Source: Patescibacteria group bacterium (GTDB taxonomy: Bacteria > Patescibacteriota > Minisyncoccia > Phycocordibacterales > Phycocordibacteraceae). From it: 64,000 nt of DNA. The notes beneath the pieces were generated by a model that was not told where the DNA came from, made no database searches, and saw nothing but the letters and a program-made list of their open reading frames with translations. Location: assembly GCA_038064495.1 (NCBI GenBank), contig JBBTSZ010000002.1, forward strand, positions 280,934 through 344,933, read 5' to 3'. How positions within the stretch are numbered: position 1 is the stretch's first letter; every line of letters starts with the position of its first letter. Positions 9,912 through 19,330 of this stretch are shown in pieces. Position numbers and translations under genes: made by a program.

Positions 9912-10418
9912 ATGGATCACGACGAAATGAAACAGGAATTCCTTGCCGTATACGACCAGTATGCTGACGATATCTTTCGATATTGTGTCCTTAAAGTATC
10001 AGGTCGAACGGTGGCGGAGGACCTCACTCAGGAGGTATTTATGCGGTACTGGCAGCAACTCCGCAAAGGTACTTCAATCGTGAATGGTCGCGCGCTCCTC
10101 TATGCCATGGCACGCAACCTCATTATTGACTGGTATCGTAGAAAGAAAGAACAGTCACTTGAGGTATTAACCGAGGAAGGCTACCAATTCCCAAGCAATG
10201 ACGAGGGAACGATAGAACAACATGCACAGCTCCGCGAAGTGCTCGACGTAATCAAAGACTTGGACGAGACCTCACGCGAAGCACTGACCCTTCGCTTCGT
10301 AGAAGGGTTTTCGCCGAAAGAAATAGCCGCCCTTTCAGGAGAATCAGCGAATGCCGTTTCCGTACGTATCAACCGTGCTCTCAAAAAAGTGCAAGACCAC
10401 CTACACACCCATGACTAA
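9912..10418 (+). CDS. ECF-type RNA polymerase sigma factor (sigma-70 family)
   Basis: Region 2 reads LTQEVFMRYWQQL...YAMARNLIIDWYRRKK and region 4 reads DLDETSREALTLRFVEGFSPKEIAALSGESANAVSVRINRALKKV. Confidence 0.85.
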   Translation: MDHDEMKQEFLAVYDQYADDIFRYCVLKVSGRTVAEDLTQEVFMRYWQQLRKGTSIVNGRALLYAMARNLIIDWYRRKKEQSLEVLTEEGYQFPSNDEGTIEQHAQLREVLDVIKDLDETSREALTLRFVEGFSPKEIAALSGESANAVSVRINRALKKVQDHLHTHD

Positions 10419-11376
10419 CACCACCCAATTTCTCAAGCGACTGAAGGACGTCCGTCTTTCAGATAACGAGCGCCTTCGTATGCGTGAGCATATTTCGCTA
10501 TACGCCGATGAGCACGCGGTTCATGGCGATACCGAGGAGTTCAGCTATGACCAGCCATTTTTCCTACTCGCCTTTTTTTCAAACAAACGTTTTTCTACCT
10601 ACGTGGGGGCATTACTCATCGTTGCAACGTTTGGTGGCACCGTCACGCTTGCTGCGGAAGGTGCGGTTCCCGGTACCGTGTTCTACCCAGTTAAAATTCA
10701 TGTGAACGAACCGGTGATGACGGCTCTTGCGCCAACCGAAGAAGGGCAGGCGCGCGTTGCGTCACGCCTTGCAACGCGCCGTGCGGACGAGGTAGTGAAG
10801 CTTGCACTTGAAGGAAAACTGACCGACGAACACGAAGCATATCTCACCAAAGCATTTGATACACAAATTGAGAAAGCGACAGCGAAAGCAGATAAACTTG
10901 CACAATCAGGAGACAGTACGGCGTCCGCACAGGTGAAAGAAGAGCTCACCACGCAACTTGCTGGAGAGGCGCAAGCACTTGGAGCTGTTCGATCTACCGG
11001 AGGCACACAAGACAAGGGAGCAGAGCGATTCCTTTCAGTCATCATCGCCCGTTCTGAGAGTATCTCAGGCGTACCTGAGTTCTTTGAAGGTGAGAATACC
11101 GATGAAGAAGAACCTCGCACGGCGCTGCTAAAAACAACGGCACGTTCAAAGTCTGCAAGTACGACAAAAGCAAAGACAGAAAAACTTGATGAAAAACATA
11201 TTCAAAAAACAGTATTTCCTAAACGACTCCAAGTGACCGCAAGCACGACCCTGCGTGTACGACTTGAAGGTACAGCGCTCCAGCTACCAAAGACGGACTC
11301 AGCACTCAACTATCACCAAGAAACGCATGAAGATGAGGAGCACCTCAACGCCAATTTCAACGAACTTCTTCGGTAA
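10411..11376 (+). CDS. putative anti-sigma-like membrane protein (DUF5667-like extracytoplasmic helical domain)
   Basis: The ATG overlaps the sigma stop in ATGA fashion, indicating translational coupling. A short cytoplasmic N-terminus and one TM helix (YVGALLIVATFGGTVTLAA) are followed by a helical Ala/Lys/Glu-rich domain. Confidence 0.5.
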   Translation: MTNTTQFLKRLKDVRLSDNERLRMREHISLYADEHAVHGDTEEFSYDQPFFLLAFFSNKRFSTYVGALLIVATFGGTVTLAAEGAVPGTVFYPVKIHVNEPVMTALAPTEEGQARVASRLATRRADEVVKLALEGKLTDEHEAYLTKAFDTQIEKATAKADKLAQSGDSTASAQVKEELTTQLAGEAQALGAVRSTGGTQDKGAERFLSVIIARSESISGVPEFFEGENTDEEEPRTALLKTTARSKSASTTKAKTEKLDEKHIQKTVFPKRLQVTASTTLRVRLEGTALQLPKTDSALNYHQETHEDEEHLNANFNELLR

Positions 11377-11418
11377 TAGTTCGTAGGGCAGTACGGCTTC
11401 GAAGGATATACTAGAAAT

Positions 11419-12099
11419 ATGGAACGCCCCACACTCATCATCCTCATTACCTCTCTCGTGGTGATTGGTGGCGGAGTAGCCACCTATCTTGTCTTTTCGC
11501 ATAAGGCAGTTGCACCAGCGCCTACGCAAGGCACCTTAAACAGTCAGGATTTACAAGGCCAAGCACTCTTCACTGATGGTGAATACGGTTTTTCGCTTCG
11601 CTATCCAGAGAAATACGAAACCAGTTTCAATTTTGCCTCGTACTATCACCTTCCGTCGTATTGGCGCGCAAACGCACTTCCTGAAGCAACGGGTACACCC
11701 ATCCTCGCCATTGTTGGCTATCGACTTCAAAGTGAGCACTCTTATCCTCGCTATTATGATGCGGAAGTGCGGGTGAGTGCGTCAAAAGACCCGAAGGAGG
11801 TAGCTCGGTGTGAAAAAGCTGCGAGCGAACAGGGAGAAAAGCAATTACCGGATGCCGTGATTGGTGGAACGACGTTCAAAGTCTTCTCTTTCCAGGATGC
11901 TGCTGCTATGCAATATGTGAAAGGCGTGAGTTACCGGACAGTGCATGAGGGAGCCTGTGTCGTGCTTGAGCAACTCGCGACCGGTTCAAATTATCGTGAC
12001 GATCCGAAAAGCTCTGAGGATATTTCTGACGACGTACTTACGTCAAAATATGATGCACTAAATGCCATCATTCCCACGTTTGCGTTTGCGCATCCATAA
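11419..12099 (+). CDS. membrane-anchored exported hypothetical protein
   Basis: N-terminal TM helix followed by a ~190-aa soluble domain. Third gene of the ECF cassette. Confidence 0.45.
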   Translation: MERPTLIILITSLVVIGGGVATYLVFSHKAVAPAPTQGTLNSQDLQGQALFTDGEYGFSLRYPEKYETSFNFASYYHLPSYWRANALPEATGTPILAIVGYRLQSEHSYPRYYDAEVRVSASKDPKEVARCEKAASEQGEKQLPDAVIGGTTFKVFSFQDAAAMQYVKGVSYRTVHEGACVVLEQLATGSNYRDDPKSSEDISDDVLTSKYDALNAIIPTFAFAHP

Positions 12100-12139
12100 C
12101 CACGAACGGGTCGTGGTTTTGATTTGATATACTGGGCTG

Positions 12140-13198
12140 ATGCTAAACAAAATATTTGCGGGATTACTCATACTCACTCCACTCACACTTGTCGTGGAGT
12201 ATCTTGGTTTCTCTCCCCTCACCGTATTTCTCATGGCAGCGGTCGCGATTATTCCGCTCGCAAAATATATCGGAGACGCCACTGAAGACTTGGCAGTACG
12301 CACGAATCCCGCTATTGGAGGGCTTTTGAATGCAACATTTGGAAATGCGACAGAACTGATTGTTAGTATCTTTGCTATTCAGGCAGGACTCGTAGAAGTG
12401 GCCAAAGCTTCTATCACCGGTGCCATTCTCGGCAACCTTCTTTTTGTACTCGGTACCGCCATGTTACTTGGCGGCAGGAATAGGGAACGACAACACTTCA
12501 ATACGACCGCCGCAAAAGCCGCGTGTTCCATGCTCCTTCTCGCTACCACCGCACTCGTGGTGCCGGCTATTTTTCTTGCGACCGCAGGAGACCAGCATCT
12601 GAACGACGTCGGCCTCCTTTCGGTTGTTGTGTCGTTCCTCATGATTATTGCGTACGGCGCAAACCTCTACTTCACACTCCACACCCACAAGCACCTCTAC
12701 GAAGGTGAGTTAGAAGATGAGAAAGCCATTGCACCCAAGTGGAGTGTAAGAAAAGGCGTGAGTGTGTTGCTTGCCTCTACGATTGCGGTGTCGGTGCTTT
12801 CTGAGGTGCTCGTGAGCGCGGTGCGCCCGGTTGTCGCAGAGTTTGGGTGGACTGAGCTCTTCATCGGAGTCGTGATTGTTGCCATTGTAGGTAACGTTGC
12901 TGAACATTTGTCCGCCGTAACCGCAGCAATAAAGAACAAGATGGATTTGTCACTTCAAATAGCGATTGGTTCAGCAACGCAGATTGTCATGTTCGTTGCA
13001 CCGGTGCTCGTGCTCACGAGCCTCTTCATTGGTGAACCAATGAACCTCGTGTTCAGCACGTTCGAGCTTGCAACGATTATCTTCGCAGTCTTTGTTACAA
13101 ACGCCGTTGTGGAAGATGGAGAAAGTACCTGGTTTGAAGGTTTCCAATTGTTAGTTGCGTACGTGATTATGGCGGTTGCTTTTTTCTTCCATCCGTAA
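12140..13198 (+). CDS. Ca2+/H+ antiporter, CaCA (ChaA/CAX) family
   Basis: Two alpha-repeat signatures, GNATELIVSIFAIQAG and GNVAEHLSAV, within 10-11 TM helices. Confidence 0.8.
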   Translation: MLNKIFAGLLILTPLTLVVEYLGFSPLTVFLMAAVAIIPLAKYIGDATEDLAVRTNPAIGGLLNATFGNATELIVSIFAIQAGLVEVAKASITGAILGNLLFVLGTAMLLGGRNRERQHFNTTAAKAACSMLLLATTALVVPAIFLATAGDQHLNDVGLLSVVVSFLMIIAYGANLYFTLHTHKHLYEGELEDEKAIAPKWSVRKGVSVLLASTIAVSVLSEVLVSAVRPVVAEFGWTELFIGVVIVAIVGNVAEHLSAVTAAIKNKMDLSLQIAIGSATQIVMFVAPVLVLTSLFIGEPMNLVFSTFELATIIFAVFVTNAVVEDGESTWFEGFQLLVAYVIMAVAFFFHP

Positions 13199-13266
13199 TG
13201 CACAGCATTGCTTCCAGCTACTCTTCACAGCGGTATACTGTACGAATTAGTAATTAGCGTCATTCC

Positions 13267-13599
13267 ATGACCTTCATCCATTGGCTCATCACTGCCGTAG
13301 CAATTTTGATTGCGGCGTATCTTATCCCGGGTGTTTCCGTAACCCTTGTCGGTGCACTCGTACTCGCCATTGTGCTCGGAATTATCAATATGTTTTTCAA
13401 ACCCATCATCACGCTTTTAACGCTTCCCATTAATATACTCACGCTCGGCATATTTTCGCTCGTGGTGAATGCACTCCTCATCATGTTGTCCGCCATCATT
13501 GTTCCGGACTTCTCTGTTGATGGCTTCTGGACCGCGCTTCTCTTCTCCATCGTCGTTTCGCTCGTCACTGCCTTTCTTGGCATGATGGTGCGTAAATAA
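13267..13599 (+). CDS. DUF360 / phage-holin-4-like four-TM membrane protein
   Basis: 110 aa with four TM helices. The sequence resembles YvlD/holin-4 superfamily proteins. Confidence 0.55.
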   Translation: MTFIHWLITAVAILIAAYLIPGVSVTLVGALVLAIVLGIINMFFKPIITLLTLPINILTLGIFSLVVNALLIMLSAIIVPDFSVDGFWTALLFSIVVSLVTAFLGMMVRK

Positions 13600-13620
13600 T
13601 TTTTTTGCCATTCTTGAATA

Positions 13621-13654
13621 GAAAAAGGGCCGGAGTTCATCGAACTCCGGCCCT
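13621..13654 (-). terminator. terminator of paralog A (usable in both directions)
   Basis: 12-bp stem gggccggagttc/gaactccggccc with a 3-nt loop, with a T-run on the minus strand. Confidence 0.6.
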
Positions 13655-13661
13655 TCAGGCG

Positions 13662-14129
13662 TTATACCGGCTCAAGGATAGCTTCCTCGCTGTCGGCTGT
13701 CACCGTATCGACATCAATCGACCGCGTGTGCTCCTGAAGCAGGGTTTTCCAGACCGCAGTCAGATGAGCATAGGCGACTCCAACATCGCCGTCCGCGTAT
13801 TCTGGCTTTCTGGCAACATAGAAACCATAGTCACCAGCTGCCTCCTGACTAAGGCAGACCCGTTCCCGCATGCAAGAGTAGGGGGTATGGTTTGCATCCA
13901 GTTCAGCAAGCACGCGGCCCCTTCGTGTATGAGTGTATGACACGTCAAGCTGCGCAAGCATGCAGGTGATAGGACAGCCGATGTCGAGTTTGTCCACGTC
14001 GATGAATTTTTGCCAACCGTTCGGCTGTGTCCGTTCGAGAAGCGCGTAACCGCGCTTCGCTGCCTGCGTGAGCTGTCCGAAGTCAACGACTGACGACATC
14101 TTGGTCGCCACTGGTATTCCGTATTTCAT
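13662..14129 (-). CDS. paralog A of a tandem pair of unknown ~150-aa cytoplasmic proteins
   Basis: ATG preceded by GGGAGG at 5-nt spacing. Shares AAKRG..L.ER.P.GWQK.ID.D.L.IG.P.TCMLAQL and D.GF.V.R.P motifs with the neighbouring gene. Has its own terminator. Confidence 0.55.
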   Translation of the reverse strand: MKYGIPVATKMSSVVDFGQLTQAAKRGYALLERTQPNGWQKFIDVDKLDIGCPITCMLAQLDVSYTHTRRGRVLAELDANHTPYSCMRERVCLSQEAAGDYGFYVARKPEYADGDVGVAYAHLTAVWKTLLQEHTRSIDVDTVTADSEEAILEPV

Positions 14130-14147
14130 ACAAGCCTCCCATAAAAT

Positions 14148-14167
14148 CTCAGGCACCATTACCCGAG
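14148..14167 (-). promoter_or_regulatory. conserved 5' leader hairpin of paralog A
   Basis: On the minus strand the element is stem ctcggg, loop taatggtg, stem cctgag, located 25-45 nt upstream of the ATG. The equivalent hairpin upstream of paralog B has different stem sequence but the same loop core. Confidence 0.4.
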
Positions 14168-14204
14168 TGCATCTCGGACTAACGTACACCTCCCTTGAGG
14201 AATG

Positions 14205-14242
14205 TAAATAGGAAAGGGCCGACAGTTCAGAACTGTCGGCCC
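14205..14242 (-). terminator. terminator of paralog B
   Basis: Stem gggccgacagtt/aactgtcggccc with loop cag, then T-rich sequence on the minus strand. It is a sequence variant of the paralog A terminator. Confidence 0.6.
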
Positions 14243-14250
14243 CTATGGCG

Positions 14251-14682
14251 TTACGCCATTTCGAGCATGCGCTCGGACTCGGTTTCGTGTCCATCATCCG
14301 CAGCTGGTGTGAGGTCTTCTGTCAGAAGTTTCCTCCACTCTCCCGTCAAGTACTGATAGACAATTCCGTTAGGTTCGCGGGTTCCTTCGGTCGGATACCG
14401 GGAGACCGAGAAGCCGAGATCGGAACAATCCTCGTCCTTCAGGCCGAGATAGTCGCGCATAACAGCGTAACTGGGCTGTTCAGAAACCTCCTGAGTCACC
14501 GCAAGCTGGGCAAGCATGCACGTGTCCGGCCTGCCGATATTGAGCCGGTCCAGGTCGATGCCCTTCTGCCAGCCGGTCGGCATGCGCTCGTTCAGGAAAT
14601 CATGCCCACGCTTTGCTGCATTCCGAAGATACTCGCTACCGCTTACGGGCAACACATCATCATCAAGTGTTCGTAGTTTCAT
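14251..14682 (-). CDS. paralog B of the tandem pair
   Basis: ATG preceded by GGGAGG at 5-nt spacing. About 35% identity to paralog A in conserved blocks. Confidence 0.55.
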   Translation of the reverse strand: MKLRTLDDDVLPVSGSEYLRNAAKRGHDFLNERMPTGWQKGIDLDRLNIGRPDTCMLAQLAVTQEVSEQPSYAVMRDYLGLKDEDCSDLGFSVSRYPTEGTREPNGIVYQYLTGEWRKLLTEDLTPAADDGHETESERMLEMA

Positions 14683-14701
14683 CGTTACCTCCCATGTAAA
14701 T

Positions 14702-14719
14702 TCGAGCACCATTGCTCGA
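14702..14719 (-). promoter_or_regulatory. conserved 5' leader hairpin of paralog B
   Basis: On the minus strand the element is stem tcgagc, loop aatggt, stem gctcga. It covaries with the paralog A hairpin. Confidence 0.4.
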
Positions 14720-14795
14720 ATGCAGTCTGGCACTACGGTACTCCTACCGTTGAAAAAGTAAATCCTCAGGAGTTTGCACGGTATACTAGACCCTA

Positions 14796-17525
14796 ATGGA
14801 GGGCCCTCGTACACCACTCGCGTCAACAGAGGACGAGCTCGCATATTTGCGTGCAGAAGTGGCGCGCAAAGAGGCTGAGCTGGCTCATCTGAAAGAGCGT
14901 CCGAGCCGGGAGGAGATTGTACGTGACCGGTTGAAAGAGCATAAAGACGCAGATGCGTCGGTTCTTGCGAGTGAGTACAAGCTTCCCGCTACCGAAGTTG
15001 CGCAGGTGGTACTCAACCTTTCACCGGAGCAAAACGATGAGACCATTGCTGAGCTGCGGGCGGTTATGGAAGAAAAGGGTATTAAGAACGCGCTTACGGT
15101 GCTTGATGCACTCAATAACCCCCACCTGGAAGATGACTTTCATCGTTTCCTCGTGCAATACCTCCTTGCCGGGGTACCGGTGAAGGGGCTTGAAGAAGGA
15201 CAACCCGCGTGGAAGGCACTCCGCATGACGTTGTATGAGATTGCGCTCCCTGAGACAGATACCAAAACGGACCAAAATCAGAAAGTGAGAACGCTTAAGG
15301 AGTTGGTCTCTGCGATGGAGCAATTCTATTCAGGCATGCTCAGCGTTGAAAATGCAGTTAAGAATGAACCCCCGTATTTTACGCTTGAGCTTGCGGTTCC
15401 TGTAAATTCCCCGGTGCTGCAATTTTATGCGGCAGTTCCGAATAGCAAGCGCGATTTGTTTGAGAAACAACTCCTCGCGATTTTTCCAAACGCGCGTCTT
15501 ACCATTCAGCCAAACGATTACAATGTCTTTGTAGAAGATGGGACATCCTTTGGTGCTTTTGCAACGCTGAAAGACCGTCACATGCTTCCCCTGAAGCAGT
15601 ACGACGAATTTGATTACGATCCGATTAACTCTATTCTAAACGCGTTCGCAAAAATCTCAGCAGAAGGTGAAGGAGCGTCGCTTCAAATCGTGATTCAACC
15701 CGCAGGCAGTCACTACACGGACCATTACCGTCGTGTGTTGGCAGAACTTCGCAAAGGGGAGAACAGGTACCGAGCGTTCAATACCCCAGAGACCTTTGTG
15801 GGTGACCTCGCACGAGAAGCATTCGGACTCCTTAAGACTTCGCAGAAAGCGCTTGATCCATCCAAGGCTGACAAAGTCGCGATTGAACAGGTGGAGCGAA
15901 AAATTGGTTCACCTATCGTGGATACCAATATCCGCATTGTGGTTTCTTCCGAAGATGCTGTCCGTGCTGAATCCATACTTTCTGAACTTGAATCCTCGTT
16001 CAATCAGTTTGAAAATACGATTGGGAATCGGTTTGCATTCTATCGCGAGAAAGAGAAAGATAAGAAAAAGCTATTTCATAACTTTACCTTCCGTCTTGCC
16101 ACAAAGGGCAGCACACTTGCGCTCTCACTTCGTGAACTCACGACGGTGTACCATTTCCCACCGAAAGGTATTACGTCAACACCGCATCTGGCTCAGTCTC
16201 GCTTTTCTTCTGCACCGGCTCCTGCTGGTATGCCCTCTGACGGCATCGTGCTTGGTGTAAATGAGTACCGTACGGCAAAGACTGAAGTGCGGCTTTCTCC
16301 CGAAGACCGTCTGCGCCATATGTACGTGGTGGGGCAGACCGGTACCGGTAAAACGTCCTACATGAAGACCTTGATTGAGCAGGACATTAAAGACGGCAAC
16401 GGCGTGTGCTTCATTGACCCACACGGTAACGACATCTTGGACGTACTCGCCTCTATTCCGCCTTCGCGCTATGAGGACGTGATTTATTTTGACCCAGCGG
16501 AGATTTCTCGCCCGTTCGGGCTCAATTTGCTTGAGTACGATGAAGACCACCCGGAACAAAAGACCTTTATCGTAAACGAACTTCTCGCCATCTTCAGAAG
16601 ACTCTACGGAGACGTGCCGGAGTCTATGGGTCCTGCGTTTGAGCAGTACTTTAGGAACGCTACACTCCTCGTCATGGAAGACCCTGCAAGCGGTTCAACA
16701 CTCATGGATATTAGTCGCGTGCTTTCTAATAAACCATTCCGTGACTATAAACTAGGGAAGTCAAACAACCCGATTGTAAATCAGTTTTGGAAGGAGATTG
16801 CGACCCAAGCAGAGGGAGAAGCCTCTCTTGCAAACATCGTTCCGTATATCACTAACAAATTTGACGACTTCACCGCAAACGACTTTATGCGTCCGATTAT
16901 TGGACAACAGGAAAGTTCCTTCAAGTTCCGTGACGTGATTGATGGCAAGAAGATTTTGCTCGTGAATTTGTCCAAAGGACGTCTTGGCGAGAGGAACGCA
17001 AACCTTCTTGGACTTATCTTGGTTGGTAAGCTTTTCATGGCAGCACTGTCGCGAGCCGATAATCCACGAGGCGACTTCCCGCCGTTCTATCTCTATATTG
17101 ATGAGTTCCAAAACATTACGACCGATTCTATCCCTGGCATTTTGTCTGAAGCTCGTAAGTACAAACTCTCGCTCACCATTGCGCACCAGTTCTTGTCACA
17201 GGTAGATGAGAAAATCAGGAATGCCGTGTTTGGTAACGTCGGCTCCATGACCGTCTTCCGTGTCGGACAGGAGGATGCTGAATTCTTTGAAAAGCAATTT
17301 GCTCCGGTAGCGAGCGCATCCGACTTCACTTCCATTGAAAACTACAATGCGTACGTCAAACTGCTCGTGCACGGCGTACCGCAGAAGCCATTTACTATCC
17401 ACACACTTCCGCCAGTCGCTGGTCGCGAAGCGCAGGTGGACGATCTTCGTCAGCTTTCCTACCTGACCTATGGCCGCGACCGTAGGGCGGTGGAAGAAAA
17501 CATACGAGCGCGCTACCTTTCTTAA
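14796..17525 (+). CDS. TraD/VirD4-like (type IV coupling protein family, FtsK/HerA superfamily) P-loop ATPase with novel ~450-aa N-terminal domain and no TM segment
   Basis: The C-terminal half carries Walker A VVGQTGTGKTSYM, FIDPHGNDI, Walker B FYLYIDEFQN and a following TIAHQF. The N-terminal half is soluble and starts with a coiled coil (ELAYLRAEVARKEAELAHLKE), with no recognisable domain. A TATACT -10-like hexamer ends 9 nt before the ATG, so a leaderless transcript is possible. Confidence 0.75.
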   Translation: MEGPRTPLASTEDELAYLRAEVARKEAELAHLKERPSREEIVRDRLKEHKDADASVLASEYKLPATEVAQVVLNLSPEQNDETIAELRAVMEEKGIKNALTVLDALNNPHLEDDFHRFLVQYLLAGVPVKGLEEGQPAWKALRMTLYEIALPETDTKTDQNQKVRTLKELVSAMEQFYSGMLSVENAVKNEPPYFTLELAVPVNSPVLQFYAAVPNSKRDLFEKQLLAIFPNARLTIQPNDYNVFVEDGTSFGAFATLKDRHMLPLKQYDEFDYDPINSILNAFAKISAEGEGASLQIVIQPAGSHYTDHYRRVLAELRKGENRYRAFNTPETFVGDLAREAFGLLKTSQKALDPSKADKVAIEQVERKIGSPIVDTNIRIVVSSEDAVRAESILSELESSFNQFENTIGNRFAFYREKEKDKKKLFHNFTFRLATKGSTLALSLRELTTVYHFPPKGITSTPHLAQSRFSSAPAPAGMPSDGIVLGVNEYRTAKTEVRLSPEDRLRHMYVVGQTGTGKTSYMKTLIEQDIKDGNGVCFIDPHGNDILDVLASIPPSRYEDVIYFDPAEISRPFGLNLLEYDEDHPEQKTFIVNELLAIFRRLYGDVPESMGPAFEQYFRNATLLVMEDPASGSTLMDISRVLSNKPFRDYKLGKSNNPIVNQFWKEIATQAEGEASLANIVPYITNKFDDFTANDFMRPIIGQQESSFKFRDVIDGKKILLVNLSKGRLGERNANLLGLILVGKLFMAALSRADNPRGDFPPFYLYIDEFQNITTDSIPGILSEARKYKLSLTIAHQFLSQVDEKIRNAVFGNVGSMTVFRVGQEDAEFFEKQFAPVASASDFTSIENYNAYVKLLVHGVPQKPFTIHTLPPVAGREAQVDDLRQLSYLTYGRDRRAVEENIRARYLS

Positions 17526-17528
17526 TCT

Positions 17529-19007
17529 ATGAAATTCGGAAGCTTTGAAATACCACCCCGCCCAACTTCTGCTGAAGGTACGGAAGATTTTGTGGAGACA
17601 CCACGTGAGAAAAAAGAAGCACTAGAAAAGGTCGTGACAAGCGCAGCAGCACGAATTGAAGCATCCGAGAGAACGAAGGACACGCTACCACTGGATTCGG
17701 TGGAGCGACTCGTCTCACCACTAACCGAAGAAAAAATCTCGGAAGCTCTTGGACGTCTGCGCGCTCGCCTGAACGCTCCAGAGGAAAAGCTTGCGAAGAC
17801 GATAACGCTACTCCCGGAAGAGGTGCAACAGGCATATACCGAGAGTACGGTTCCACAATCCGCAGAAACTTCCAAAAAAGGTCGCAGGAACATGCTACTT
17901 GCCGCAGCTGGTCTCTTTTCGCTTGGTACCGGTGCGTTGAGTGAAAAAGCAGAAGCACAGACCAATTCCACCCAACCATCCTATGAACGGCTGTTCGGAA
18001 ACCAGTCTTTTGAGGCAAAGGCATCACCCGAACACATACCAAGCCCCGATAAACTCTTTCTAGACTTACGACAGTCACTTTTTGAAAAGTACGGGAGCTT
18101 GGAACGTGCTCCAGACAAAGTGTCACAGATTATTATGACGGACCGGAATTTTGACATTGTTGTTCGCGCACTTGGTTTTATCCAAGGCAAAGAAACAGCG
18201 ACGCTTGAAGCCGGCGATCACCTTTCCATAGATACTCACGGCCAACTCCTTTTTCATTCAAAAAAAGGAACACTGGTGCTTATGACGTCTTCCCGGCTGG
18301 ACTCGTTTAAAGTGCAAAACACGTATCGTGGACCACTGCACCCTCAGTCCCAAGAAGAGTATGCCCAGGCAGAGCGAGATGAAGTGGAAACAGCATATCC
18401 CGAGGCGAAGCCAGAAAAAAAGCGAGAGGTTGCTCCTGGTGTGCCCTACGTAGGAGGACATGCACAGGACCTTCCAAAGAAGCCAAGCACACCGAAACCG
18501 CGCTCGCCTGGCCCCGACACTCCGCTGTATCCAGCAGATCCTACGCGGCCAGGTCCTATGCCAAACCGGCCTCCGGCCACTCCGCCTCCTGGGGAGTCAA
18601 TCACTGAAGATAGGGAAGCAAGGCCAAAACCAAATCCGCCGGAAGTTGGTAGTACACCACCTCCTACTCCTGAAAAAGCAACAACACCAGAAGCATTCTT
18701 TGCACCTTCCACTGCTGGTATCTATCAGGATGCTGCTGGTAATCTATTTGTACTCGGGGGGTCTATTAGCGACCGCCTTATCTTGGGCCAGGAATATCTC
18801 ACCAAAAGCGAACATCTCGGTAAAAAACTACAACTGTTTACCATTACTGAAAGTGCTGATCCGCAGACGGGAGTACCTGACGTGAGCATGTTGGTTGAGG
18901 ATGGTAGTGGAAAAGTAAATCTCCAACCCATCGTTCGCGATCCAAGAACCGGAATACCGGTCGCACCGCCGACTAAGGATGAGCTGGTACGAAAAATTGA
19001 ATCATGA
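17529..19007 (+). CDS. bitopic membrane protein with proline-rich extracytoplasmic linker
   Basis: Starts 3 nt after the ATPase stop. A ~118-aa cytoplasmic N-terminus is followed by one TM helix (MLLAAAGLFSLGTGAL), a ~100-aa globular part, and a ~90-aa P/T/K-rich linker (PKKPSTPKPRSPGPDTPLYP...PPTPEKATTPE). A C-terminal domain follows. Confidence 0.6.
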   Translation: MKFGSFEIPPRPTSAEGTEDFVETPREKKEALEKVVTSAAARIEASERTKDTLPLDSVERLVSPLTEEKISEALGRLRARLNAPEEKLAKTITLLPEEVQQAYTESTVPQSAETSKKGRRNMLLAAAGLFSLGTGALSEKAEAQTNSTQPSYERLFGNQSFEAKASPEHIPSPDKLFLDLRQSLFEKYGSLERAPDKVSQIIMTDRNFDIVVRALGFIQGKETATLEAGDHLSIDTHGQLLFHSKKGTLVLMTSSRLDSFKVQNTYRGPLHPQSQEEYAQAERDEVETAYPEAKPEKKREVAPGVPYVGGHAQDLPKKPSTPKPRSPGPDTPLYPADPTRPGPMPNRPPATPPPGESITEDREARPKPNPPEVGSTPPPTPEKATTPEAFFAPSTAGIYQDAAGNLFVLGGSISDRLILGQEYLTKSEHLGKKLQLFTITESADPQTGVPDVSMLVEDGSGKVNLQPIVRDPRTGIPVAPPTKDELVRKIES

Positions 19008-19315
19008 CCGCAACACTCACGCATCGAAAGAAACTACGTGACATCACCAATTCACTACATGGTGAACGCCTTTCCCTTGCTGAACAAGATTCACTCACTA
19101 TCCAGGTGCACTCACTCGTCTTCAGAAGTGCGCTGGTTCGTTTTCTGGAGCAGCTAGAACCGAAGGAACGCGAGCTGTATCGAGCACTTATCGCTCGTGG
19201 AGCGTCGGAAGAGGAATGCCATGATTTCCTCGCTCATCATAAGGGTGAAATGGCGCTTTGTGTGGGGAATGCCATTGACGAACTGGCGAGTGATATACTG
19301 TCCGGGACAGATTAG
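19004..19315 (+). CDS. small cytoplasmic hypothetical protein
   Basis: The ATG overlaps the upstream stop in ATGA fashion. 103 aa. Confidence 0.5.
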   Translation: MTATLTHRKKLRDITNSLHGERLSLAEQDSLTIQVHSLVFRSALVRFLEQLEPKERELYRALIARGASEEECHDFLAHHKGEMALCVGNAIDELASDILSGTD

Positions 19316-19330
19316 ATTAGACCATATCCT

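Noticed and set aside
13662-14844. Longer 211-aa and 197-aa versions of the two paralog ORFs
   Set aside because: The extended N-termini are simply the open, conserved leader regions. Both genes have a GGGAGG SD 5 nt before an internal ATG, and the extensions overlap the upstream terminators.
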